From: Macrostomum lignano
Lineage: Eukaryota
Assembly: GCA_002269645.1 (NCBI GenBank)
Contig: NIVC01000586.1
Location: 62,001-126,000, forward strand
Direction of reading: 5' to 3'
Length of the DNA: 64,000 nucleotides
Shown: in pieces, positions 1 through 34,305 of the stretch
Layout: the number at the start of each line of letters is the position of its first letter
How positions within the stretch are numbered: the stretch's first letter is position 1
The notes under the pieces: generated by a model
Seen by the model: only the letters and a program-made list of their open reading frames with translations
Told to the model about the DNA's origin: nothing
The model's database searches: none
Position numbers and translations under genes: made by a program

Positions 1-1894
1 TTCGAATGTTATGAAACCAATGTATAGAATAAGATAAAATCAGTTTAATTTTAGCGAAAATAAGCAAATAATGATTGTTGTTGCAGATGTGGAAGTTCAG
101 CTGTGCTGTGCTTGGTATAGTTATTATTTTGGGCTAATGTATAAAGATAGAGGATTAATCGTAGAATTTTAACTTTTTCAGCCCACAAATGTGTGTCAAA
201 TCATACCTTTAAAAGATCTCCATTGGTAAAACTTAAAAGCTCTTCGACAGTTTTTCCAGTGAATGTGGCTTCATCCGTTTTTGCCTGTCTTGAATCGGTT
301 GCAGTTGCTTCAGTTCCATTCTTTCCAGGCTTTGGCTTTCGATGACAATGCGTTGTTGTTTTTATGGCCGATGGACCTCTTATACACTGCGTGATGACTG
401 AAATTGACTTATGATCAGTCATAATTCAGAATTATTATATTAATATCCGCCAGCTGGATAGCCTGGTGCATGGAAGTATACCTATATTACGATAATTTAC
501 TAAAAAAATGACGGAAAGAATAAACACTGAATTTTTGTTTCCATTGAAGCAGTACAAAGTAAAACAATCTTTACAAAATTTTTAGACAAAAATCCAATCA
601 GTCTAAATAAAAAAATTGTCAGAATGTTAATTTTTTGTATAATAGTTTTAAAAGCAATAACTCCCCATATTCTCAATGGAACTGGATCAATTTTATCTGC
701 CCATTGGGAATTTTGACAATAATTATCTCCAGAACCAGGATAATTCTAATTATTTCCAAAACCGAAAAACGGAAGCGTAAAACAATCTAGAAACGCTTTC
801 TAACGTTAATAACTTCTAAGAAGTAATAATCTTCTGTCATCTCTTTATTAATTATGTAAAGATTTTACGCAATACACCTAAAAAGCTAAAAACAAAATTT
901 CCGGTTTTAAAAAATTTCTTGAAAAAAGTTACGGGATCGGGCATAGCTTTGGATTTGAAACATGCATGTTTTTCTAGATGCATACATGTAGTTTAGCTCA
1001 TCAGTGACAAATCTATAATTCCATACAGAAGGAGCACTAATGGGCTGTTCAAACTCATCATGCAGTGTAGCAATCAAACAGAATGTTCAGAGTATGTACG
1101 GGCCCGGGCCTGGCTACTCTTCTATGTGTGCCAACTTAGGAAGTTAGGAGTTAATTAGGAAATTAAAATAGTTTGGTAAGGCAGATTTCCGGATGAGGAT
1201 CGAAGGACAACTATGGGGAAATTGATACGCTTTTCAGCTGCTGCTCCTCTGATCTGCTTAGAACTGTATCCAGACTCCGCCCCTCGGGCACCTATGACCG
1301 CTCTGAAGCCAACTCCATCCGGAGGCTGCTACTTTTACTCAATTGCAGGTTGCAACGGTCTCCATCGCAGTCAGCAATCTGCTGCGCAAACTGATTGACT
1401 AGCTACATGTACATACCATGCTGCCTTCCTGCTGCGACAGGTTTCCCGGGGTAAATGCAAATCTAAATGAAAACCGAGATATCATACACGTAAGTCATAA
1501 CTTTCTTACAGACGCCAAATTTCTCACAAAAACCCGCAGCAGGACGGCGGAGCAAAACCAACAAGTACATGTACCTATAAGCTGCAGTCCGCTGTTCTGT
1601 ACTGACCGTACTGTACTGAGATGATTTAAGTAGGCTTTTTGTGGACAGCTAAGCGAGGCTGTAGGCTATCGCCTTGCTTTTTGCAGTGGGTGAAAAGTTG
1701 CGTATTATAACAAATGACATTTAAGTCTTTGTTGGCAAGCTAACAGATCATTTGGGCTGAATTCTATTAGCGTCAAATTAAACCGTCTCAGTATAGCTTA
1801 TTACCTATTTCACACTAGTCCTTGACAACCTCTGGGTATTATTTGCGCAAAAGCACACACGATCCTCACTTCCAGTTCAATCAAAGATCTCAGT

Positions 1895-4022
1895 TGATGA
1901 CCTTGGAACCCGTCTTCGGTTCTCTTTGCTTCCAGGAGGTCAGTTTCTTACCGACCTCCAGCTTCAGCCAGTCAGGAGGTCAGTTTCTTACCGACCTCCA
2001 GCTTCAGCCAGTCAGGAGGTCAGTTTCTTACCGACCTCCAGCTTCAGCCAGTCAGGAGGTCAGTTTCTTACCGACCTCCAGCTTCAGCCAGTCAGGAGGT
2101 CAGTTTCTTACCGACCTCCAGCTTCAGCCAGTCAGGAGGTCAGTTTCTTACCGACCTCCAGCTTCAGCCAGTCGGGAAGGCCTAACCTCAGCTTCTCAAA
2201 TCTATTCAGAATATCCAAAGACAGTTTGATGCGCGAGCAATATCAAGCGCCCACCAGCAACTCCTGTTGATCGACATCTTCCCGCTCAACAACATCGCGG
2301 ATACAATCTTGGGCGCACGCAACGCCGCCAGTTTTCAGCTCAAGTTGCAGGGCCCACAGCAGAGCATCGAAGTTTACGTAGTGGTGATTCGTGCTGCTTG
2401 ATAGCCTCAGCGGAAAGCACTCGTTGAGAGCCCCGGTCAAAAACGATAGCTTTGTTTGGTTGTCAAGCTCAAAGCAGAACTTCCACGCGGAGTCCCGGCT
2501 CCTCAGATGCCGCCACACGAACTCCGTGGTCGCCTCGGTCGCCGACTTCTCAGCGGACCAAGCGATGCCTCTGTTCACCGTGAGGTCTCTGCACATGCTC
2601 ACGATTCTCTCTGCAGTTCCTCGGTAGCCGAACTTCAGGCACGCCAGCGCTCTGAGAGCCTCCCGAGCTGAGCGGGCGCAGTCTGGCAGTCTGGCAATCA
2701 GCTCTGTGAGCGACTCCTGAGACTGCGGGCTGCAGTCACCATGGGAGAGACGCACCAGACACTCCCTCACCACGTCGTAGATCTCGTGGTACTCCAGACT
2801 GTCAGGCTGAGGCAGCGGCGCTCTTGGTCTCAAATCAGGCAGGATTTGGAACGGGTGGAAGTAGAATATTCCGAGTAGAATATCACGGGTCTCAGACTGC
2901 TCATGAACTGCTGCAGCAGCTGAGGCAGCCGATCAATCACTTTTCTCAGTGTGCTCGCGATGCTGCCCAGAGTCTGGTCCATGCTTCCGTCTTTCCCCAC
3001 TGCACCCTTGAGGTACACAGCGATGTCGCACAGGAAGAAGTGCTCCATGATCCGGCCGTGAGCATTGTCGGGCGAGCGACTGCTCTCCACACAGCCAAGC
3101 AGCATCTGCAGAGACCTCCTCACAAGACTCACGAGGTTTTCCGGCTTCCACTGCTCGACCGGCGTCTCCTCCACCATTCGAAACGTGATGGACTTCACAT
3201 GGTACGATTTAAGGCCTTGCTGGTTGAAGCCGTCCTTGCTGCAGATGACCTTCTTGATCAGGTACTTGAGAGTGACGAACAGCTGGCCTTGGAGAGTAGT
3301 GAGACTGCTGAGCATCCGCTTCTCCAGGAAGCTGGTGCTCACACGGAGCTCCTGGCCTCCTCGACCAGGAGAGGCTGCGTGCACCACGTGACAGGGCGTT
3401 GAGTCAGAGTCGACAACCTTCTGGAGGGCCTGCAGCACCGGCTTCGGGATGTTCGATCGGGAGATTCGTTGGGGCTGGAGAGGCGCGATGGGCGGGTAGC
3501 AACAGAGGCGGCCAGCGGTGACATCGTCCAGTGCCGGTCTCACTGGGAACCCAGGTGCCGGCTTGGCAGGATTCGATGCTTAATAGGAGAGTGATATTGG
3601 CATGTCGCAACAGTTACTTGCTTTTTTGAAAAATAATAAATATTCTGTTTGCATATTTGCTTGTGAAAAACATGACAAGTTGCAGAAAGAACTCACCAAA
3701 TCCAGGGCACTGGATATGACCATTGTGCAGCTCATACTGGACAGAACTCTCGCTGCAGTTGCACAGGTCTCTAGCATGATAAACTTGGCCTGGAATCAAC
3801 TTCATCACATCAATGTCGGACTCTTCGTCAGTTTTGCCATTCAAAGTTTTCAAACTGTTTCCCCAGCCTTCTGAGTAGCTGCCGACAATGAAACGATCCT
3901 CGTCCTGAAGACGTAGCCTCAGCATCTCCTGCAGGACATCAGCAGCTGCTGTCTGTAAAGAAGCTCTGGATTTTACGAATCCTGACTGACTGACAGCTCA
4001 GCTGTGGCCCGCTCGAAGTGCA
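1895..4022 (-). pseudogene. Mab-21/cGAS-like receptor (cGLR) nucleotidyltransferase, disrupted
   Basis: Motifs seen: VGSYSEGW...ESDIDVM (NTase G[S]..DxD signature), LDDVTAG (candidate third acidic residue), ELRVSTSFLEK, KSYHVKSITF and EHFFL (Mab-21 C-terminal helices). Intron 3579..3696 (GTGAGT...TTAAG) joins the exons in frame (PGF|ASNPAK). Lesions: 14-bp insertion at 2860-2883, in-frame TGA at 2243-2245, stop created by the 40-bp array, and a probable frameshift near the (TCAG)3 run at about 3985-3997. Confidence 0.85.
1933..2173. repeat. 40-bp tandem repeat x6 overlapping the 3' end of the cGLR coding region
   Basis: Unit caggaggtcagtttcttaccgacctccagcttcagccagt, six perfect copies. On the minus strand the unit reads DWLKLEVGKKLTS followed by TGA at the unit junction. 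Confidence 0.95.
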
Positions 4023-4187
4023 CTGAAACAAAATTAAAGATAATAGTTCTTATAGTCATTGACTCTCATATTACCCTATAAATTACCCTATAAATAACCA
4101 AGTTAATTGTTTATCTAATTAAGTAGTACTTTCAGTCTAAAGTGGATACTGTGAATAAATGTGAATGAGTAGCACAAGAAAACGTTT

Positions 4188-5975
4188 CTATAAAACATGA
4201 CCTACTTCATTTGCCTGTTGCTTGTTGATGAAGTTTGACCGCTCGAGTAAATTACTGGAATCTGCATCTGATTTAATTAGCAGGTCCACGATTTCTTGAT
4301 GACCTCTTTGTGACGCTATACGGATGGGAGAGGTTCCATTGTGTCGTTGAAGGTTGACGTCGGCTTGCGCTTTGATGAGCAAATTGACGATGTGCTTGTG
4401 ACCGTTCTGTGAAGCGATGTAGAGAGGCGAGCAGCCATCAATATCTTGATGGTTGACGCTGGCTTGCGCCTTGATAAGTAAATTCACGACCATGTGATGA
4501 CCATTATGTGATGCAATGTAGAGAGGCGAGTAGCCATCGAATTCTTGAAGATTGACGTTGGCTTGAGCTTTGATGAGTGAGTCTACAACTGTGTGGTGAC
4601 CATTCTGTGCTGCAATGCTTAGTGGTGTGGAGCCGTTGACATTTTCTTGTGAATTGATGTCGGTTTGAGCTGTAATGAGTGAAACGACAATTTTATGGTG
4701 ACCATTTTGAGATGCAATGTAGAGTGGTGTGGAGCCATCCGCTTCTTGACTGTTCACATCAGCTTGAGCTTCGATAAGCAACTCGACGACTTGCGGATGC
4801 CCATTCTCGGGTGCGATGTAGAGTGGAGACGATCCTGTGCTTCTTTGAAGATTGACGTCTGCTTGAGCTTTGATAAGCGAGTCTACGATGTGCAGGTGGC
4901 CATTCTCTGATGCTATATGCAGTGGTGTCGAGCCAATGTTTTGTTGAAAGTCGACATCAGCTCGCGCTTTGATCAGTGCGTTGACTACTTGCTGATGTCC
5001 ATTTTGTGCCGCAATATAAAGCGGTGAAGAGCCATAATGCTGCTCTTGAAGATTGACGCTAGCTTGTGCTTCAATGAGTAGTTCAACAATTTTCCAATGG
5101 CCATTCTGCGATGCAATGTATAGGGGTGATAAGCCAGTCCTTCTTTGCGTATTAACGTCAGCCTGTGCTTTTATGAGTAATGTAATGACTTTGGTATGGT
5201 TCTACTGAGATGCTATGTGGAGAGGTGAGCTGCCCTCGTGCTGTTGAAGATTAACGTCAGCCTGTGCTTTGATTAGCAGATCGACAACTTGCTGATGACC
5301 GTTCTGTGATGCTTTGTAGAGCGCGGAGAGCAACCATTGATGTCCTGAAGATTGACGTCGGCTTGAGCCTTGATGAGGGACTCGACGACTTTGACGTGAC
5401 CGTTCTGCGATGCCATGTACAGCGGTGAGCAGCCATTGATTTCTTGAAGATTGACGTCTGCTTGAGCTTTGATGAGTGAGTCCACGACTTGATTATTTGT
5501 GTGCGCTGCGATTAAGAGCGGTGAGCAGCCACTCGAATTCCGAATATTCACGTTGATTTGATGTTTTAGGAACATTTCGACAATACTGTGCTTTCCAAGC
5601 AGGCACGCCAAGTGCAAAAGAGAAGTATCTTCGCCGTTTTTGTCAATCAGCCGGTCTTTGTTTAACGGCTTTTCAGGGTATCTAGCGATGGTTGGCAAGC
5701 CCTCGGTGATCACAGCTTCAAGGATTCTGTCGTTGGTTGGTTCTGATCCGTTCCTGTGCTCCTTTGTCAAGTCGGAGTCGGAGGCCTGCATCAGGACTGC
5801 AGCAATGAGTCTCTGGGCTCTGCGCTGGTCAGTAAAGTTCTTACTAACGCTTGTAAGTGGTGGTGAGTCAGTTAATGTGAATTCGGTTTTTATCGAGCTC
5901 TATGAAGCCTCCAGCAATTGGCTGTGTCCGAGTGGCCAATCCGCCAGTTTTTGCTTTACTACTAAAAGTAGCTAG
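4188..5975 (-). pseudogene. Ankyrin-repeat exon (14 ANK repeats), disrupted; probably the 5' part of the cGLR gene
   Basis: Manual translation gives 14 repeats of the form xPLYIASQNGHxxVVxxLIKAQADVNLQ. Lesions: 2-bp insertion at about 5322 (TCTCCG-CG-CTCTAC), in-frame TAG at 5202-5204, and a TAG at 5900-5902 upstream of the first repeat. Confidence 0.85.
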
Positions 5976-6616
5976 ACATTGTATGTTAATATGCTACTGA
6001 ACCACACAAATAAAAGACTTGTCCTCTCATGTACAAAGAGAAGGTCAAGGGTAGAACTTTGATGCAAGCGAGACAAGGAGTTAAATAAAAAGGAACATGT
6101 TGAAAATAAAAGGCTATTACAATTTTGGCGAAAGTAGAGAAATCAAGTATTTTTAATCAATTTTTATTGTTAAAAACAAAGTAACGGCGTCTGAAATTTT
6201 ACTGTTTTCGAGGAAATTTACACTTAAAAATTGTTTGCGATAGCCATAAACAGAAGCGAAAAGTCTCTTACTGTTTCAAGCGTACAGCTTAAAGTACAAT
6301 TTGACCTCTTATCGACACTTTAGGATTGACAGTTCAACATTGTTCTCTGATTGTCTCAGTGCAAACAGTAGAGCTAAGCCCCTTCGTGAGTAACGGGAAG
6401 GCCTCAGCTCTTCATAAGCATAAATGGAAAAGCCTCAACCTCCATGAGCAACCCGCGTAACCATCTTCACAGTTTTTAAAATGGAATTTTAGCTCGCAAG
6501 CACATAAAAAAGTGAATCAGTTAGCAGTACATTGGAGTATGATTAAAACGAGTGGGTACAAGTCCCAGTTTCAAATGCCGCAATCGGAGTTCATGGGTCC
6601 TGGACAGCGCGGATCA

Positions 6617-7243
6617 TCAGGACAGCAGCGGCTTGCTGGCGCCTCTCTTCTCCAGGTCGGCCTGGTCAAAGTACATCACCTGCTTTGCCGCCAGCAGGCA
6701 AACCAGGAAGACGGTGCGAACGTACAGCGCCGCCTTGGAGAAGTCCAGCAGGTTGTTGTTGCAGTACTGATAGACATGGCTGGGCAGGGTGCTCGTCAGC
6801 GAAGTTACATCGTCCGTCAGGTGCAGCGCGTCCGCCTTGTAGACAAAGCCGAAGCCGCACACGAGCCACATGCAGTTCATGATGGCCAAGCAGACGGTGG
6901 CGCCGACTCGCCACTCCTTCGAGCTGACGCAGCAGCGGTTCCTGCAGTAGCCAAACACGGTCGTGAAGTTCACAACGCACAGAGAGCAGAGCGCCAGGCC
7001 CAGGCAGCCGCTGAACACCAGGTAGATGGGCACCAGCCGCTCTATGGGGCAGGAGTCCCAGAACTGGGCGCCAATCACGATTTCAACTACGGAAAAGGGG
7101 ATGAGCAGGAGCACTAGAAAGGCCAGAATCGAGGACAGGACGAGGCGCGGCGAGACGCAGCGCGACCGGAGCGGGCGCTGACGCGGCGCCGTCGCCGCCT
7201 CGGGTTGAGCGCCGGAAGCGTGACCGTTGTTGGCGTGAATCAT
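6617..7243 (-). CDS. TMEM272-like four-transmembrane protein, intronless, 208 aa
   Basis: ATG-to-stop ORF with four hydrophobic segments and the motif IGAQFWDSCPIERLVPIYLVFSG, which resembles TMEM272-family proteins from memory. GC-rich codon usage. Confidence 0.7.
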   Translation of the reverse strand: MIHANNGHASGAQPEAATAPRQRPLRSRCVSPRLVLSSILAFLVLLLIPFSVVEIVIGAQFWDSCPIERLVPIYLVFSGCLGLALCSLCVVNFTTVFGYCRNRCCVSSKEWRVGATVCLAIMNCMWLVCGFGFVYKADALHLTDDVTSLTSTLPSHVYQYCNNNLLDFSKAALYVRTVFLVCLLAAKQVMYFDQADLEKRGASKPLLS

Positions 7244-8529
7244 GCCGGCAACTGCGGTTTGCGGTTGGAAACCGCGTTTCAGTCTCTGAGCGGTGTAGAG
7301 CCCGAGAGGCTGAGAGTTTATGAGATGCGGTGCGCACAGTTGCTTTCAATGCACATTCGAGTTTTTATGGCCGGCCACCTACTCAGCTCCAGTCTCCAGT
7401 TTTCTTTCCCGCATTGTCTTCGAGTGCGAGTGCAGTAGTGGGAGCGATTCTCTGTGATGAGATTCGGCTACTTGCCGCACAATGTTGCTAGGACACGCGG
7501 GTAGTCGGCCTGAAATGCTCTGAAGTGTGCATGAGCAGTGCGAGCTAACTACTTGAGTATACCCAGCTTCCATCTCTTTCACAGCTAGCATGCAGAATTG
7601 GGTAGCAGAATATAGACAGCAACACACAAGATGATTTTTTTCTAATTTGTGATAGATGAATTTGCTGCGAAGATGGCATTACTCAGAAGCTCGGGTCTTT
7701 TCCGCTCTCCGCTAGACCTCTCTCCGCCCTCTCCCTTCCAATGGCTTCATGCTTCATCTCTCTGACTACCCGTGACTCTCGGTCCGTTCAAGCGAGTAGA
7801 CATTCCCTTTTCAGTTCGCGGGATCCCTGAGGCTGAAATTTTGAAATGCTCAGACCTAAGCCGTACAGAATAGAAATTTTCCACACGACTGATGTGAATC
7901 TAAGTTTACTTAGACCTAAAAAGACCTTGTCAAAAATATCATCCCCTCAGCTGCTGTTGTTGCTAAGAAAATGGGACGAGAAGGCCGCTCCCAGAGAATA
8001 TCCCAGAATATCCCAGAGAATCCATCTGAGGGGTCCATGAGAATTTTCCCGCGAGTGAATTGCCCGCTGAGGTTTTCCCGCAATGCTTTTTTCCTGCAGC
8101 GCATTTTGCTACTCGGCGGGTAATTCGCTCGCTGGCAATTCTCGTGCTCCCAATCCTGAGGCCTTAGCAAACCATGCATAACAATTATGATCTCAACTTG
8201 GTTGCTCAGGAGATACTGCAAAAGAGATCATTTCTTGTAATCGTCTCTTACACCTTCATGTAGAATCTCTCTCTCGTTTGATGCTGCAATCAAACTCTCT
8301 GGTTGCGACGCGACTTAATCAGAGACAAAGTGGCGGCCGGGCGATTCGCAACAAAATCTCTCCGACTTCAGGGTGTCGTTCACCGCCAGCTCCGGCCTGT
8401 GGGCTCACTTCAGGTGTTTTCCTGAGTCTGAACCACTGCAGGAAGTGCCGCAATGAGAACAAGGGAGCTCAGTGAGTGTGATTGAGTCACTCGTATGGAA
8501 AAAACCCATTGTTTCATGTGAAAACCTGC

Positions 8530-9126
8530 GTCACCTTGCAGACAGCCGACAGTGACTGCTGGACCACCGTGCAGCACAGGATTCCGGCTCAGTGGACTTT
8601 TACCGCAACTGGACTCAGTACCAGAGCGCGTTCGGCGGGGGACCTGACGAAAACTACTGGATCGGTGAGTGCATCCCAGATCTGCTCCATTCGCTTCCTT
8701 TTCCAACTCGGACTTCAATGACAAACACCGCCATGACGTCCGCATCTTCCCAGGCCTGAACTCTCTCCACGCTCTCACTCTTCTGGTCCTCGGAAGCTGA
8801 GGATCCTGATGAAGACGTGGAACGACTCTGAGCACTGGGCTGAGTACTCCAGTGTCTCCGTGGGTCCGGCTGGGCGTGTCCGGCTTCTACAGTAGACAAC
8901 GACATATGCAGCTCAGTACGAAGGACGCCACTAAGGTATCCACTGTGCAACGGCGTACCTTGGGGCCTTGTGGTCCCGATCGCATCTTGCTTCAACGCTC
9001 ACTTGAACGGACAGTAAAAAAACTTGGCTTGCTGCTGCTTATGCCCAGGGCATCGTTTGGTCACATGGCTTCGGTTTTAAATACATGTACTCGATCTCTA
9101 ATGAGGTTGAGATGCTGGTTCTGTAA
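8530..9126 (+). pseudogene. Fibrinogen C-terminal domain (FReD; ficolin/FREP/tenascin-like) pseudogene
   Basis: FReD motifs appear in order across frameshifts: [30 protein letters not shown]|LNSLHALT (intron 8665..8753, GTGAGT...CCCAG), [65 protein letters not shown]. Confidence 0.85.
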
Positions 9127-11188
9127 CAGCGTAACAACTTTGTGCAGAATATTACTGTCTTAAAGATACTTTATTGGAAGCTCGTTGAACAAACCTTTGA
9201 AGTCGAGAAAACTTTGCTCGACGAAATGCAGCAGTATTAATGGCTGAGGCAATATTTACTTAAAGTTTACCCTCTTAATAACTGTACTTTTCATTACTTG
9301 CATCAAGTCAAGAAATCAATATTATCACTTCAAGCGAAGTGATGAATTGCTAGAGTTTGCACACTTATGCATACTTATATGCATACACTTACCAATTGAA
9401 TTGCCAATGCACCAGTCAATAAATAATGATCACTAAATAGACTATATAAACCCTGACAAGATTAGCATGCAAAAAGTGTGCTCATGCACGATTTTTTTTA
9501 TTACCCAGAACTCCATTGAGCTGCGGGCAGTTTTGATTTTAATACTGTAAACGACCGAGCGATCGAGTTAAGTTTGGTGAGGGACGCTATGGAGACTACT
9601 GGATTGGTGACAAGGTTAGATTTTGCACTTATTTAAATTTAAATGTTTCAATATCAAATTGACACCGTAATGACGTCCGCATTTTCGCACGCTCTCTCGA
9701 TACACTCTTAACTATATATATATATATACTATAGCTGCTTGTGGTGCTCGGATGCATGATGATCGGCAATCTTCTGATGAAGGCGTGGAACTTCAAATGT
9801 ACTTCAGCTTCTTCATGGGGTCCAAAATAGGACAGCTGCATATTCTTCCTCCGTCTCCCTCCGCTCTCCGTTCAATAAATTCTATTCCGCTTTTTACTTC
9901 TACCCGCGACTCGCTCCGCGCCTTCTTTTTTTTCAATCGTTCCCTACCCAAATACGCGCGCTACTATTGTGATTTTGTGAGCTAGAACTTAGGTTAAAAG
10001 GAATGTTGTATGAAAAGTTTGTTAGAAAAGTTATTTCATTGTTTTATAATCTTTTGTGCAATTTTTCCTGAAAATCAGATGCATTCTAACTAGGACTTAA
10101 TAAGGACTCAAGGTTGAATAGGACTTAAGGTTGACTTCGTTGTACAATTGTAGATTTTAACAAAGTTGAATGCTCTTAAGTTGAAATAAGCAGAAATGAA
10201 AACAATATTGTAATAAAAATTTCTCTTTAAAACTTTAATTTTGTGTCCTTAAGATTTTATTTCATAATATTTATAATATTTTTAACTGAGTCCTTTTCAG
10301 TAATCAACGTGGGTATTGAGAGTATTTAATTAAGCTAGCCCAGATTCCGGTCAGTTGTAATCATTTTGCTTTTGCCGTATACTTCTTGGTTGGTTGGTGG
10401 CTAACTAACTACAATCGCAATCTTACAAATAACTCTTTAAGCTATGATATTAAACAATTGAGTGTCGTTTATTGCAGTTTGATTCCAAGCTCTTAGCACT
10501 TCTTTATATCATTGATTAATATAATTATTACCCGCTACTCATTCGCACTCATAATAAATAATGATCTGCGCAGTCCGAAAGATCGAAAATTACTTGTTGT
10601 AAGTCTAATCGTGAGAGTTTTAAACAAACTGAAATAACAATATTTTTCTCAATGCTGTGTCACCAATTTAATTGTACATGTATGTATGTCAATTCTAATC
10701 TAATTAAATTGCTATTAGCAACTAAATAATATTTCCAAGTAAAATATATACATGTGATGTGTTTTAGAATGTCTATATTTGGCTCCTATAATAATAATTT
10801 AGCCTTCTGCCAAAAAATCAAAGGTATTAAACCTAAGCAAAATTATTTTTCCCATGACTAAATTTCTAAACAGTTATTTTTTATCTCCTTGTAGTTTAAC
10901 TTAATTTTTATTTAGCTCATATATTAGGTTTAAAAAACAGAAAAAAAAGATTAGGCTGGTATAAATCCTATAATAGCTATGGTTTTTGTTGTCCTAAATT
11001 ATGTATCTATTAATTGTTTATATTATCTTAAAAATATCAAACAAAAACAGTATATAAGTTTCTATTTTAGTAATAGTAAAATATTTCATAACAATTTTAC
11101 AAAACTATAAAAAAAATTCGTTCCCCCATCATTCCAACATTAATGTTCACAGGTAGCCATTTTCTGTGCGCCCTGTTATGCTGCCGAG

Positions 11189-33725
<22,537 letters not shown>

Positions 33726-33756
33726 AGAGCGCTGAGAGAAAGGAGGGGACTGCTGA

Positions 33757-34305
33757 GCTGCCATTTTGACAAACCTGCCATTCTGACAAATCTGCCATTT
33801 TGACAAACCTGCCACTCTGACAAATCTGCCATTTTGACAAATCTGCCACTCTGACAAATCTGCCATTTTGACAAATCTGCCACTCTGACAAATCTGCCAT
33901 TTTGACAAACCTGCCACTCTGACAAATCTGCCATTTTGACAAATCTGCCACTCTGACAAATCTGCCATTTTGACAAACCTGCCACTCTGACAAATCTGCC
34001 ATTTTGACAAATCTGCCACTCTGACAAATCTGCCATTTTGACAAATCTGCCACTCTGACAAATCTGCCATTTTGACAAATCTGCCATTTTGACAAACCTG
34101 CCACTCTGACAAATCTGCCATTTTGACAAACCTGCCACTCTGACAAATCTGCCATTTTGACAAATCTGCCAATCTGACAAATCTGCCATTTTGACAAATC
34201 TGCCATTTTGACAAATCTGCCATTTTGACAAATCTGCCACTCTGACAAATCTGCCATTTTGACAAATCTGCCATTTTGACAAATCTGCCATTTTGACAAA
34301 TCTGA
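33757..34305. repeat. 17-bp minisatellite (tgacaaatctgccattt / tgacaaatctgccactc) just 3' of the ATP13A stop codon
   Basis: About 32 units starting about 30 nt after the TGA. Confidence 0.95.

Noticed and set aside
201-422. Minus-strand 73-aa ORF with possible acceptor near 392 and donor near 207
   Set aside because: Could be an exon of a gene extending left of the window, but there is no recognisable domain and no partner exon to test phase.
2824-3402. Plus-strand ORFs antisense to cGLR, TMEM272-like, ATP13A and GEMIN5 exons
   Set aside because: Expected shadow ORFs of GC3-rich coding sequence.
8410-9163. ORFs 8410-8835, 8654-8995 and 8852-9163 first considered as a transposase remnant
   Set aside because: They are antisense or off-frame shadows of the fibrinogen-domain pseudogene.
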